64,000 nucleotides of DNA from positions 97,526,001 to 97,590,000 of the forward strand of contig CM097886.1 in NCBI GenBank assembly GCA_044892525.1, given 5' to 3'. Below, piece after piece: positions 24,901-34,610 of this stretch; the first letter of the stretch is position 1, and each line of letters starts with the position of its first letter. This DNA comes from Schmidtea polychroa. Lineage: Eukaryota. The notes under the pieces were generated by a model. It was given only the letters and a program-made list of their open reading frames with translations, searched no databases and was not told where the DNA came from. Made by a program: the position numbers and the translations under genes.

Positions 24901-25260
24901 TAATTATCAATTTATTTACATTCATTTTTATTTTGGCCATTTTCATTAAGTAGTTTTTCTTACTTGAGAATTAAAATAAAGACCAAAATAAAAAATATAT
25001 CTAAAAAAACCGGAACTTATTTTCCAACCAGAATAAGTCAAAACCGATTAAACAAAGAAATTAAAATGAAGTCATATGTATTTCTCAAGAACATAAGACA
25101 TAAGAAAATTAACTAACTTTGCCATTTGATTCGCTATACTTTGCTAAATAATTACTGAAGTAGGTAATTAAAAATTTATAACATTAAAGTCCTACTTGCC
25201 ACCAATATATATATAATCATCGATTTCTTTGATCATTGTCAGCTCTAGATAGAAATCATA
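718..25260 (-). CDS. Divergent semaphorin-like gene, paralog A (multi-exon; Sema-PSI-Ig; extreme 5' and 3' exons unresolved)
   Basis: Exons in colinear Sema order on the minus strand: IKEIDDYIYIGG (~25200), VCGTFGSFP (~20720), NFINVVRETEKHLYFFGHE (~19560), FMVRICKND (~19430; cf. SRVARVCKND), INFGCYIG..YFW (~17270), IGLFNS..GALCQ (~9940), LYRVV (~4130), PSI CSMNYTTCINCASDPECMWD (~3700), Ig-like C..W (~3470) and SCHG (~830). Every exon group has a counterpart in the second copy at 33798-47290. Confidence 0.8.
1350..1865 (-). mobile_element. 5'-truncated Penelope-like element 3' end with an inverted partial pLTR cap
   Basis: ORF 1622..1846 (GMSDFKILSKNFDN..VICEALLIRTFNPKINVQN) is homologous to 43246..43437. 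Hammerhead-like motif at 1384-1425. 1800-1860 is an inverted copy of 1360-1415. Confidence 0.8.
2040..2330 (+). repeat. Dispersed repeat with CCAAT/TATA-like boxes (LTR U3-like), related to 25740-25960 and 29690-29930
   Basis: Shared blocks ccaat..aatgatt(g)..aaaatgatca..gatcaaaaacac..aatcctgattg..tataagg..cagtct..agacact. Confidence 0.5.
2407..2903. mobile_element. Degenerate hAT (Charlie-like) MITE
   Basis: Left end CAGGGGTGGGGAACCTGCGGCC; degenerate right end agttccccaacttcg preceded by tgtggcc; TSD not convincing. Confidence 0.5.
3406..4361 (-). CDS. Semaphorin-like A exon group: end of Sema domain, PSI, first half of Ig
   Basis: 83-nt exon 4279-4361 (..SPLMIVNIIS) has the same length and phases as paralog exon 36774-36856 (..SPLMIAAILS). 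ORFs 3844..4197, 3645..3827 (PSI) and 3406..3618 follow. Confidence 0.8.
5495..5910. mobile_element. Rearranged Penelope-like fragment: plus-strand ORF 3' end (5655-5910) preceded by an inverted pLTR/hammerhead segment (5495-5650)
   Basis: 5660-5750 encodes VICEVLLIKLVNPKINVQNAANTCILNVFK (cf. 43350-43437); 5495-5650 is the reverse complement of 43590-43742. Confidence 0.8.
6161..6515 (-). pseudogene. STT3: Decayed fragment of oligosaccharyltransferase catalytic subunit STT3 (N-terminal part)
   Basis: Across frameshifts and a stop it reads TFFILSLAWLVGISSHLF / [62 protein letters not shown] / FLAPVFSGQTIISTFL. This matches the hallmark STT3 segment [47 protein letters not shown].FSG. Confidence 0.9.
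6920..7310 (+). mobile_element. Degraded LTR-retrotransposon RT N-terminal remnant
   Basis: KWIVNMKCK..KNNLADYAV..EYENEV, then after frameshifts KIWPVLDFKEINNYVKSHAG (RPVLDFRELN-type RT motif). Confidence 0.55.
7340..7515. repeat. Imperfect (ATT/ATC)n microsatellite
   Basis: Direct inspection; produces spurious poly-I/poly-N ORFs. Confidence 0.9.
7590..8200 (+). mobile_element. Gypsy-type gag remnant
   Basis: LGTCKPSEFL..PDQNILRQF..DIIELAKIAYKIHE resembles the LGDRKPS.LL..LR.LFL..LA..ADKI.E gag motif; interrupted by stops. Confidence 0.5.
9331..10050 (-). CDS. Semaphorin-like A exon group (central Sema domain)
   Basis: GALCQLQ is joined in frame to INGNIFNEIGS by a 52-nt GTAAG..AG intron (9863-9914). 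The 89-nt exon 9331-9419 has the same length as paralog exon 37763-37851. Confidence 0.8.
10733..10825 (+). mobile_element. Orphan hAT-like terminus with AAACCG/CGGTTTT subterminal repeats
   Basis: tagagtttgcaaaaaaaccggtttttgcaaaccgcggttttcgg...; matching opposite end not found. Confidence 0.45.
11200..13430 (-). pseudogene. hAT transposase pseudogene
   Basis: Fragments YFTIIFDSTPDLSNIDQMSQVLRYVD (DUF4371-like catalytic D) and SVARCERCFSKLKLIKTYLRSTMNESRFSNLAILSIE (C-terminal dimerization domain); multiple frameshifts. Confidence 0.9.
13515..14091. mobile_element. Non-autonomous piggyBac-like element nested in the hAT
   Basis: TTAA-CCACTTACCGGG at 13511-13526 and CCCGGCAAGTGG-TTAA at 14080-14095 (12-bp TIR, 1 mismatch, TTAA TSD). 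Confidence 0.8.
14255..14420 (-). pseudogene. Decayed Kruppel-type C2H2 zinc-finger fragment
   Basis: KYFKQSSTVKHHMRILTGEIPFCCNRGNKIF, then after a frameshift TWMSSLKVHLGSH (degenerate HTGEKPF linker and finger spacing). Confidence 0.75.
15500..16870 (+). mobile_element. Gypsy LTR-retrotransposon gag-pro-RT remnant
   Basis: IPERFQLGDDVETFIKECD (gag N-term); knuckle remnants YVCDTPSHLRRD and CKRCKLDGHK; protease LVDTGATVNAMS (~16345); KYRIETQGKPI at the RT start; many stops. Confidence 0.8.
17225..17400 (-). CDS. Semaphorin-like A exon
   Basis: HLPTKHFISSQKINFGCYIGKRPRSISDNYFWGQ vs paralog HLPTKHFLNPLKMNFGCYIGRRPRAISDNHYWGE (~38610-38740). Confidence 0.8.
17687..17818 (+). repeat. Left arm of a 132-bp inverted repeat pair
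   Basis: Reverse complement of 20121-20252, with 2 mismatches seen. Confidence 0.95.
18330..19250 (+). mobile_element. Mariner-type transposase remnant
   Basis: SAKCVSYNRTNKQK*ARIEKCRILL..DEEWIYY (cf. ARWVPH.LT..QK..R..C..LL..GDEKWIYY); YFELL.DG.TV; LHD motif; possible TIR end ..aatccctg-TA near 19248. Confidence 0.7.
19330..19905 (-). CDS. Semaphorin-like A exon group (three closely spaced exons)
   Basis: ORF 19621..19905; GDINFINVVRETEKHLYFFGHEINNQ; FMVRICKNDIGFKYVP. All three match 44000-44697. Confidence 0.8.
20121..20252 (-). repeat. Right arm of the 132-bp inverted repeat pair
   Basis: Reverse complement of 17687-17818. Confidence 0.95.
20710..20890 (-). CDS. Semaphorin-like A exon (C.N.I..L..VCGT motif)
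   Basis: YHTPSGDWETMDFICMNSFIKGIETLDNETLWVCGTFGSFP vs paralog YHTPSGDWVTMNYSCMTSFIKSVEELTNETLRVCGTFGS. Confidence 0.85.
20960..22440. repeat. Degenerate AT-rich satellite-like region interrupted by a hAT insertion
   Basis: Recurring aaattaagtaataaattttgaa..tgagaattggtagtaataa (~21020, ~22090); ~110-bp direct repeat 21910-22020 / 22345-22440. Confidence 0.65.
21146..21870. mobile_element. Non-autonomous hAT (Charlie/Buster-like) element
   Basis: Left end CAGGATTTACCAAACC; degenerate right end tggggaacctag; flanking 8-mers gtctagaa / gtctataa (NTCTAGAN-type target, 1 mismatch). Confidence 0.65.
22470..22775. repeat. ACAACTAG/TACTAAC-type minisatellite
   Basis: Repeated aacaactag(g/a)tac units. 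Confidence 0.85.
23100..23510. repeat. Foldback (long imperfect inverted repeat)
   Basis: 23105-23156 pairs with 23455-23510; 23260-23320 pairs with 23385-23445; the left arm carries an ~85-bp insert also present at 24508-24590. Confidence 0.8.
23740..24230 (+). repeat. Dispersed repeat with an inverted copy at ~28030-28467
   Basis: e.g. gtaatcaagtgataggataaattttgat vs atcaaaattttatcctatcacttgatta; cacattgatgaactttt vs aaagttcatcaatgtg. Confidence 0.75.
24595..24780 (-). CDS. Semaphorin-like A 5' exon
   Basis: FNGSDIGF..FDTCLNWKQNQ vs paralog MNGSGIAF..FDACLNWRQEQ (~47140-47260). Confidence 0.65.
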   Translation of the reverse strand: MVNCVNVKLHLLANERYNFPPEIFNGSDIGFKFRIIEFPSEITGNPTSLAFDTCLNWKQNQ

Positions 25261-26539
25261 AATATAGATGACCAAATTAGAGAGAAAAAATGAGTAAAAC
25301 CTGATGATAAGCATGTAGAAATATAAATTGTAAATGCTACATAAATTTCCATCAGAATAAAATTTAATATATGAATTAAATAAACAAACAGTAATTATTA
25401 CACTATATCTGAAACAAAGCAAAAAACATATATTTGGTTTTACAGTATATAGAAAATTTTCGTATTGTTGGACTAGATCGTGCAATTTAGCAATAAAAGT
25501 TTTCGAGGACAATGTAAATACCCCTTTAAAATGAAAAAAAAATTAACATTGGTGATCCGTCTAGACAAGGCTTCATCTCATAGAAAATGCACAAAGTTAC
25601 TTAAAATTATTTAAAAAACAACAATCAAAACCAAATTAATAAAATAAGAAACTCATGCAATTACACATTAAAAACATTTTAACGCATTTAAAACACAAAA
25701 AATACCAAAAAAGCACAAGCTAGAAGAAAATGTTATAAAAGGCGATCCAATCAAGGAAAATAGAAAAAGAAAGAAAATAAATAGAAGAAACAATGATTAA
25801 AACAAAAAAAATGAAATCAGCCAATAGAATTAATTGGAAGTTAAATCAACATTTGAGAAAATAAATTGATCAAAATTGCAGGTGTGATCGCCCCTGATTG
25901 ATTGAAATGATTTACAAAATTTTTAATCTCATTTAATCTTATTTGATATGCCAAAATATTTGCATCTGGCCTAATTCCAGCCTTTGCAGATGAAATATCT
26001 TGCGTTTAATAAAGAGAGGCGACAAATCTAACATCCACCCTACACTATCTGAAAATTAAGCACTCTAAACGCCCAACAGTATTTAGGTTTCATTTTAAGG
26101 TTTAATTTAAGACTCCAAATTATAGTTTTAATAGAATTTTATACATTATTTTATTAATCATTGTATAATTTTTTAATGAAGATTTTTGGTTTATTAAAAT
26201 TATTTTGCCATAATATTTAAAGTCAATCAATATTGTTGGGCTAAAAATAAAATACAAATTCTCCTTAGATGACAGGTTTTCTTGTTTTAATCACTGTGAA
26301 ATTAGGTAAATGGTCAACTAAGAAGACCCATATAGTAAAGAAATCGCAAAAATTATATTAAAAAACATCTAAAAGCATCAAATAAAATAAAAATAAAAAC
26401 ATAACGAGAAGATAATTAAAAGAAAATTAATAAAATAAAAACCGCAAGTAGTTACACTCGAAACATAAGATAAGGGGCATTAAAACAAAGATTAAATCGT
26501 CGAAAAAGATATACGGCTGTAGAAAACAACACCATAACC

Positions 26540-27075
26540 ATGGGATAAGGATGGTGAGCAGGGTATCATTTTTAAGGTCGCGATAAGGCCATAGTAAGGT
26601 CAAACTAAGGTCAAATTTTAAGGTCAAAGTCGATTTTAGGTCAGTTTAAAGTCATATCCTGAGGTAAAAGTCGATTTAAGGCCATTTTAACGTCAAAATT
26701 TGAGATCAAATGCGATTTTAGGCCAGTTTAAGGTCAAATTTTTAAACAAAGACATATGGCTCATCATTTAAACAAAGAACTATTACGCAATAAAGACATT
26801 TAAGGAACAAAGACATATGACTCATCAATTTAAACAAAGAACTATTAAGTAACAAAGACATATTACATAACAAAGACATATTACATAACAAAGACATATG
26901 AATCACCAATTTAAACAAAGAACTATCACGTAACAAAGACATTTAAGGAACAAAGACAAATGACTCATCATTTAAACAAAGAACTATCACATAACAAAGA
27001 CATATTACGTAACAAAGACATTTTACCGAACAATGACATATGGCTCATCATTTTAAACAAAGACAAATGAGTCAT
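26540..27075. repeat. Two adjacent minisatellite arrays (AAGGTCA-based, then AACAAAGA-based)
   Basis: 26540-26740 repeats aaggtcaaa; 26740-27075 repeats aacaaagacat/aacaaagaact with tgactcatca. Confidence 0.85.
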
Positions 27076-28467
27076 TATATTTTTAATTTCCAAAGGTCAA
27101 ATAAGGTCAGAGTTTCAAGCAAGGGTATCATTCGAAAGGNNNNNNNNNNNNNNNNNNNNNNNNNNNNNNNNNNNNNNNNNNNNNNNNNNNNNNNNNNNNN
27201 NNNNNNNNNNNNNNNNNNNNNNNNNNNNNNNNNNNNNNNNNNNNNNNNNNNNNNNNNNNNNNNNNNNNNNNNCCGACAAGATATTCTGTCCAACTCTTTT
27301 AAGTCAATATTTTCAAGTTTTGTCACCGTTATCCTCATAATGAATGTCCGTCTTTAACATGTTAAATAAAGATAAAATAATTTAAAGCAATAACCTTTGA
27401 TATCAATCCCAATTATCTCTAAAGATTTCAAATATTTCATTGTCAAAACCAAGTAAATTAGTCATTAACCCTAAACAATTTAATAAACAAAATAGACTAT
27501 TTCCCTTGAAACATTTCCAATAAGAACATCACCCATTTAAATATTCAAAACATTTCCCCCCTAACCGATCCCTCACCAAATATTTCTACAATTTTAAACA
27601 TCCAACCGACTATATTCCCCTTAAATACTCTATATTCCCAACTTAACCGAATCCTCACTAAATCCAACCGACTATATCTCTTAATTTCACCCACTTGAGC
27701 CCTTTAATATATCTTAAAATCTATAGAAAATTCTTCAAAATATGAATTTTATTTAATTGTTACAAACATTTTTCCATTGAAATAATTTAGTAGCTAAATT
27801 CATGTAGTAAGAGCCCACTGAAAGATCAAAATTCATTAAAATCAATATTTTCTACAAATATTTAACCACATATATCTTTAAATACCTAACTAGAGATGAT
27901 AATATCTCATTGATTGATCATAATTCTTCATCGATTCAGCAAATTTTAGCAATTATAACATGATATATCTTTCAAACTAAATCACAAATTTCAATATATA
28001 TAACAATAATTTTCAAGTAGATTTCAAATATATCATCATGATAAAATTATTTGGTTTCAACTTTAGATTTTAAATATTTTAAAGTTCATCAATGTGTAAC
28101 TGGAAATATTCTTAGAAAATATATGAAAAAATTATTTGGTCAAATTCAATATCATTACAAAGTCATCATCATCATCAAAATTTATCCTATCACTTGATTA
28201 TTGTAAAAAACTCTAATTATTAACCTCATTAAAAATTAATTTTTATTTAAAATTTAAAAACAAGTCAATAGAATATAGCAAATTATCAAGAAATTAATTA
28301 AAACTGTCTTATAATTAACACTAAAACCTTAAATATTTAAATATTCTTTCAATTAACATGAAATTCACAAAAAAATGTTAGTAAAATCCCGCTAACATCA
28401 ACTCTAAAAAATTACCAATGAATTTAATGCCAAATAATAACCAAATATTTGCCTAAATAAAATCATT

Positions 28468-29536
28468 TGTTGGGTTTTTGGTTAATTTAAGTCGGTTACC
28501 TCTGACTCCTCGTGTCCTTTAAATCAAAAAATAACGACCCAACGTATATTGAAATAACATAATTCACAATCTTTTCTCACCACTTTACAATCAATAATCA
28601 AAGTTACGTTTGACCGATTCTCCGCTCGGCGTTGATGCTTTGTAAATGGATAATATTCACCTGTTATTTCTTTATATTCTCTTGACCCACGTTTTCCTCT
28701 TTTTCTGTTTGATTTGATTCATTTTCACCTTTCTGTATTCCTATTCTATGTCTTCTTTTCCCTAATCTCCTTAATTCGTTTTACCTATTTTTAACTCGGT
28801 TTCTTCTAACCCTAGCTGAGGCAAAATGCCGATTTGCTCTGATTTTCCCTTTCCTTATATAGTTCTCGAAATCGGGATGACAAATTGTTATTGCCGAGCC
28901 AATCCTTCACTTGACATTTGCTTCCACGTATCTGCTTCGGCTGTCACCCATAATGCTCCAACGAACCAAGATAATTAATGGCCCTTCCGGCCTTTCCACA
29001 CGCACTATCTTCTCCTTGCTCTTTTCCAATTAATCATTGTGTCAAGCTAATGGGCCCAAATCTTCCTTCTGTTTACTTTTCTTCTTGTTTACCCAGCTCG
29101 GATTTCCTTCATCTCTCGGGTTCTCCATTGCCTCGGGTTTCCCATTAGCTCGGGTTTTCTATTAGCCAATTAATTAATTAATTAACGTTTTCTGTTTTTA
29201 CACATTTTAATGCTTTTCGACCCTTTTTAACCATTTTCTGATAAATCCCTAACCAACATCTTGTTGACCATTAGCTACTCTACACTTGTCCCATTTTCTC
29301 AATTCGATTTCGATGATTTTACCATTTATTGATTTTTCTCGGATTTCCGGATTCTTGCCTTTCGTAATTGCTTTTGGTATTTTCTCATACTGCTTCCATC
29401 GTACTTTCCTTTACTATCACTTCCGTGCATGATCACGCTTTTATTTGTCTTTTTTCCTTCACTTACTTTTTATTTAACCTAAATTTGATTTCAATTTATT
29501 CTAATTTACGGACCTCAACATATCTCCCCCTTAAAA
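28468..29536 (-). mobile_element. 3' LTR (~1.05 kb) of an LTR retrotransposon with its polypurine tract
   Basis: Termini TGTTG...CAACA (28468 and 29520); minus-strand AAGGGGGAGATA directly precedes TGTTGAGG; internal TATA box; related fragment at 44782-44950. Confidence 0.75.
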
Positions 29537-32500
29537 ATATTTTTCGTCATTAGTGGAAAATCGGGGACTATAAGTGATGAGAATATATAAAATTATTTCT
29601 AATATATGAGTTACTAACGAATTAAAATATTTATGACGTAATTTCTATTGTTCCCGGGTTCACATGATATCCTACTATGGTGTATAAAGACGATTATTTG
29701 GTTAATCAGAATTGAAAGGAAAAGAAATAATTTTAGAATAAATCGATAAATTAAAACAACAAATATGTAGACCAATAAGAATGATTGGAATTTGAAATTT
29801 AAAAATGATCATTAAATCTGATCAAAAACACACGAGATAAATCCTGATTGGTCAAATTAAGTTACATAAATCTATATAAGGGACAGTCTCAGTAGACACT
29901 TTACCTTTTTTTTATAATATTCTAGATTTAGATCTGCCTATAATTTTAGCTCGATAAATCAACGGGAACATTAAATTTGCAAAAACCACTATTGCAGAAT
30001 ATCATTTGTACCTGAAATTTGGAACTCGATAACAATGTAAATTTTGTTTAGTTTATGATTATTATTTAATTATGCTCATTAGTAATATTGTAGTCATATC
30101 AAAAATTTTCGAAAATCATTCGTTTTCTTTTTTTTTGTTTTATCATGAAAAGCAATTGTTATTTTTTTGGTTATAATTGAGATAGGTGACCTAACCTACA
30201 GTAGGTCCAATAATTTGTTTAATTTTGTTTAATAGATATCGTTGATTTGAGACCTTCTTTTGTCAGCAAGTCACTGACAAGAGAGAGGTTCAATCCCACA
30301 GTCACTGATCTCACTGGAGTTCTCTCACTAGAGACTACGTGCAATCAGACGCTGACGTTTTTATCAAAATCATGCACTTAAACAGTATAATATGCCCTCC
30401 GGTACCTCCTCACAACGATTTTAGATGGACTCAATAGTCACTGTTTCGAACTACAGTAATGGATACAGTAATAACTTCTCCAACTATGATCAAAATTTTG
30501 TCAAGTCATTCTTAAATAACCCGCGGAGAAGCAACCAGATAGAGTAAACTAAACTTCAACATCACCATCCCAGAACAAAATCACAATAAAAACTCTAATT
30601 TTTTACTACTGTTTTTACTAATTTACTAAGAATTCTCTCTGTAACGCATGATTGTCAATTAGTTAAACAAGCATTAGGAATTGAATTAACTTATAGAATA
30701 AACGGCCGCAAGCACTTGTCAAGAGAATTCACCCATCAACCGCGATTAACTGTTAGGGCTTCGAATTTTGTTCATAAGACACCCCAGTCGCTGGTCGCAA
30801 CCATGAAACCCGCATTTTAGAATAAATTTTAATCAAAGTATGAATACAATAGGTAAAGATACTTACGATAAATGAGAAAATCCAAGTATGATAAAATACA
30901 AAAAATCATTCGTACAAATCAGTGTGCATGACCAATTCAGATTTTGTCAAACAGTGCTGAATTGATGAGTGAGGGGAGGTCATGAAGCCATCATGATCTC
31001 CAGGATTTGGCACTTCCGTCACCACAATTGTCATCATTGTTATTATCGTCATTAATATTACANNNNNNNNNNNNNNNNNNNNNNNNNNNNNNNNNNNNNN
31101 NNNNNNNNNNNNNNNNNNNNNNNNNNNNNNNNNNNNNNNNNNNNNNNNNNNNNNNNNNNNNNNNNNNNNNNNNNNNNNNNNNNNNNNNNNNNNNNNNNNN
31201 NNNNNNNNNNNNNNNNNNNNNNNNNNNNNNNNNNNNNNNNTTCTTATTATTCTTATTATTATCTTTAATATTATTAATATTACGGTTATTCTTGTCATTC
31301 TGATTATCACCTCTACTGTCTTCCTAGCAAAACAGTTATCGTCGACGCAAAGATTAAGACCATCTGTAGTTTCATCCCTTTCCTCATCTTAAATTCTCAG
31401 CATTACCATCGCCATAATTAACATTTCTATTATTATCTTTTTCTTTATCATTATTATCATTATCCCTGTCATTATTATGCAGAATATTATTATTAATAAG
31501 GCCACCATCATCATCGCCCTCATCAATATTATTATTATTATTATTATTAAAATGAAATTATTCTATTTTTTCAGTGCTGTGTGTGCGTTCATTTTCAATT
31601 CCCTAAATCTTTATCTTTCCAAGTTCCCTGACCTCGGCTGGCATAGCTCCTTGTCGTTCGTTGGGACTGTAGGGATTTTTGAGAGTAAAGCTGTATTTGC
31701 AGGAAGAACTCGTTTTCGGTAGAGGTCGGAACGTGATCGACTTCTGCATCTATATGGGCTCCAACCCAAAGCTCAAGAATCCGTTGGGCTTGTTCTCGAA
31801 TCGTGATCTTGGTCCCTCGCTCATCGATCCGAGACTTCTCGATTGCTTTGATTTTCTGGTTGGGTTTTTTACATGCTCGAGTCAAAACTTTGTAGCCTCC
31901 ATTCGACTGCATTTCTGTACCATTTATTGTGCTTTTGCTGCCTGACGCGCCTCCTCTGGCGTATAGCGGGCTACATCTTGCCTGAATCTTTCCATGGCAT
32001 CCATTATAATTAGGTTAGTTAAATTTAAATTACTAACACGGATGGTATTCATAGTACCATCTATATTTTGCCATAATAAATATTAGTAAATAATTACTTT
32101 ATAACAACTATAGTTAGAAAAACATTTGGTTGAGGCACGTTCTCTCATCTCGAGATCAACAAATTTTAATTATCTCAGCTTTTTATTTATAAGTCCTTAG
32201 CTGTCAAAAATAATTTCTTAACTAAACTTATGGTAAATAATTTTGTCGTTTTACTTTTAAATTAAAATCTTTGCTATCAACACAAGATGACCAAAAGACA
32301 AAGTTAGACGTGACAAGTTAAATCTCAATTGTGAAAGATTTTCTAATCATCCATTGAATTGGCCCCTCACTCCTTTCGTTGGTTCATTTCTCTGCCTAGC
32401 GCCATTTCTCAGACTCGACATCCAAATATAGAGCGACCACAATTCAGCAATCAATTTTCTTTCATCAGTTTCTGGAATCATCTAAATTTCTAAATATTTT

Positions 32501-33797
32501 AAAATGAAACATTTTAGGGTTTTAAAACTGATATGAAAACTTCAAATATCTTTACCCCAATCATTCAAAAATATTGAAATCTATATACAGTTCAAATTTG
32601 TAGGCATGCCGGTGGAAGATATCTTCGCGGATGCTGACCGTCCGCTCTTCTTCCGTAGTTATTTTCTAGTTAATTTTCTAGTTGTGTTCTCCAAGATGTT
32701 GTTGATGTCTCGTCGGGAAACATAGTATTCGAGTTTTCCTAAAGGCCTCACGCGTACTCTTCCTCCAGACCACCAGGAGTAGGGAAAAACTACTCCAGGG
32801 CCTTTACTACTCCATCATAAGTATTTATTTTAAAATGCTCCATTCATTTATTTAAATTATTTATTGAAAATTTGTTATAATCAATAATTAAAATTTTTAA
32901 GGAAAAAATGTAATGAAATTTAACCATTATACGTGAAATTTAAAAGAAAAAATAAAGGAATGAAACCCAAAAGTCAAATCCAAAACTCCGTAAACTTTTC
33001 ATCATGATGTTGCCATTTCGAAAGGCCGTCAAGTCGTTCCCAAATCATTTGAAACTTGGTATGTTCGTCGAGATAGTTATTTCTGTTCATGGCATAGGCC
33101 TTTCTAATTCATCATAATATTAATAAAAATACATTCGTTACAACTAAATTGAACTTATTTAAATTTTATTAAATTGACAAAAATCAAAATTAAAGTGAAA
33201 AAACGAAGAAAATTTATTTTCAATTTTGGTAAATTATCTTGTGAAATGAACAAATATTTTCAAATCCATTCCAAACCGTCCTTTTTATTCGGTAGCATTT
33301 TCAAATCAGAGTCGTTCCGAGATGCGCTNNNNNNNNNNNNNNNNNNNNNNNNNNNNNNNNNNNNNNNNNNNNNNNNNNNNNNNNNNNNNNNNNNNNNNNN
33401 NNNNNNNNNNNNNNNNNNNNNNNNNNNNNNNNNNNNNNNNNNNNNNNNNNNNNNNNNNNNNNNNNNNNNNNNNNNNNNNNNNNNNNNNNNNNNNNNNNNN
33501 NNNNNNNNNNNNNNNNNNNNNNNNNNNNNNNNNNNNNNNNNNNNNNNNNNNNNNNNNNNNNNNNNNNNNNNNNNNNNNNNNNNNNNNNNNNNNNNNNNNN
33601 NNNNNNNNNNNNNNNNNNNNNNNNNNNNNNNNNNNNNNNNNNNNNNNNNNNNNNNNNNNNNNNNNNNNNNNNNNNNNNNNNNNNNNNNNNNNNNNNNNNN
33701 NNNNTTCTGCATTTCATTTATATTTGGTTTTGATTGAAAAACTTTATTTATTTTTTTTCTATGAAAATTAAAATCAACACAAAATAGGAAAACGAAT

Positions 33798-34610
33798 TTA
33801 CAATTTGAAGAATTGAATGATAATTCCAATACACATGCAGATTGATACAATGATGAAGAAAATGCTGACTCCCTCCCATGGACTCCCTAATATTAATCAA
33901 GATATTTATGTCATTTTATGTTGCTTTACTTTTATTCTTTTTTATCTTAGGAATTATTTCGTAACTATTCAGTAGCATTTCTGATGAGCTCTTTATCCAG
34001 GAGTATTCCATTCCACCGAATAACTTATCATGGTCACTCCATACCCCGTAGCAAACAATCTCATGTCCGTGTCTGTCAACAGAATAGTTTGAAATGAGAA
34101 TCATCGCTTTATCTCGAAACATATGAATTTCTCTATCGCTTCCTGTGATAATTTCTAAAAGAAGAAAATTAACTAAAATGTTCAGAAAACATTCAACCTT
34201 TTCCATTCATGGTCCATTTAATGTCATCTCTCCAAAAGTCAATGTTCGAACAGTTGAGAAATATTATATCAGATGATGGAAGGGTCTGATATTTAGGCTT
34301 TATTGCTGTGACTTAACGTTATTCGGTAAATAAGATACTCAGATAATATTTCTTACTGCATTGAAATCCCCTGTCAAGCACGTCTTGTATAAATAAGGAA
34401 TCTCTAAATTAAAGGTTACATTTCGGTTTAAGATTCATAAAACATACTGTAATTTATCTTTGTGGTAATTTATACAACTGGCAGTGGAAACATCCCACAT
34501 ACAGATCGGATCACTTGCACAGTCAATGCATTTGTGGTATGAGGGGCATTGGATTTGCAAATTAATTGAATAAATATCATCACCCGTCACAATATGTAGC
34601 ATATTTTTCT
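33798..34610 (-). CDS. Semaphorin-like B 3' exon group (PSI, Ig, TM/anchor)
   Basis: Introns of 45 nt (34312-34356) and 43 nt (33887-33929) restore the frame; stop TAA at 33798-33800. Confidence 0.75.

Noticed and set aside
26740-27075. CRISPR-like array
   Set aside because: Eukaryotic context; units are adjacent degenerate repeats without unique spacers
31580-32000. GC-richer segment with ORFs 31595..31912 and 31679..31945
   Set aside because: Probably a decayed retroelement ORF1/gag, but no motif could be pinned down with confidence
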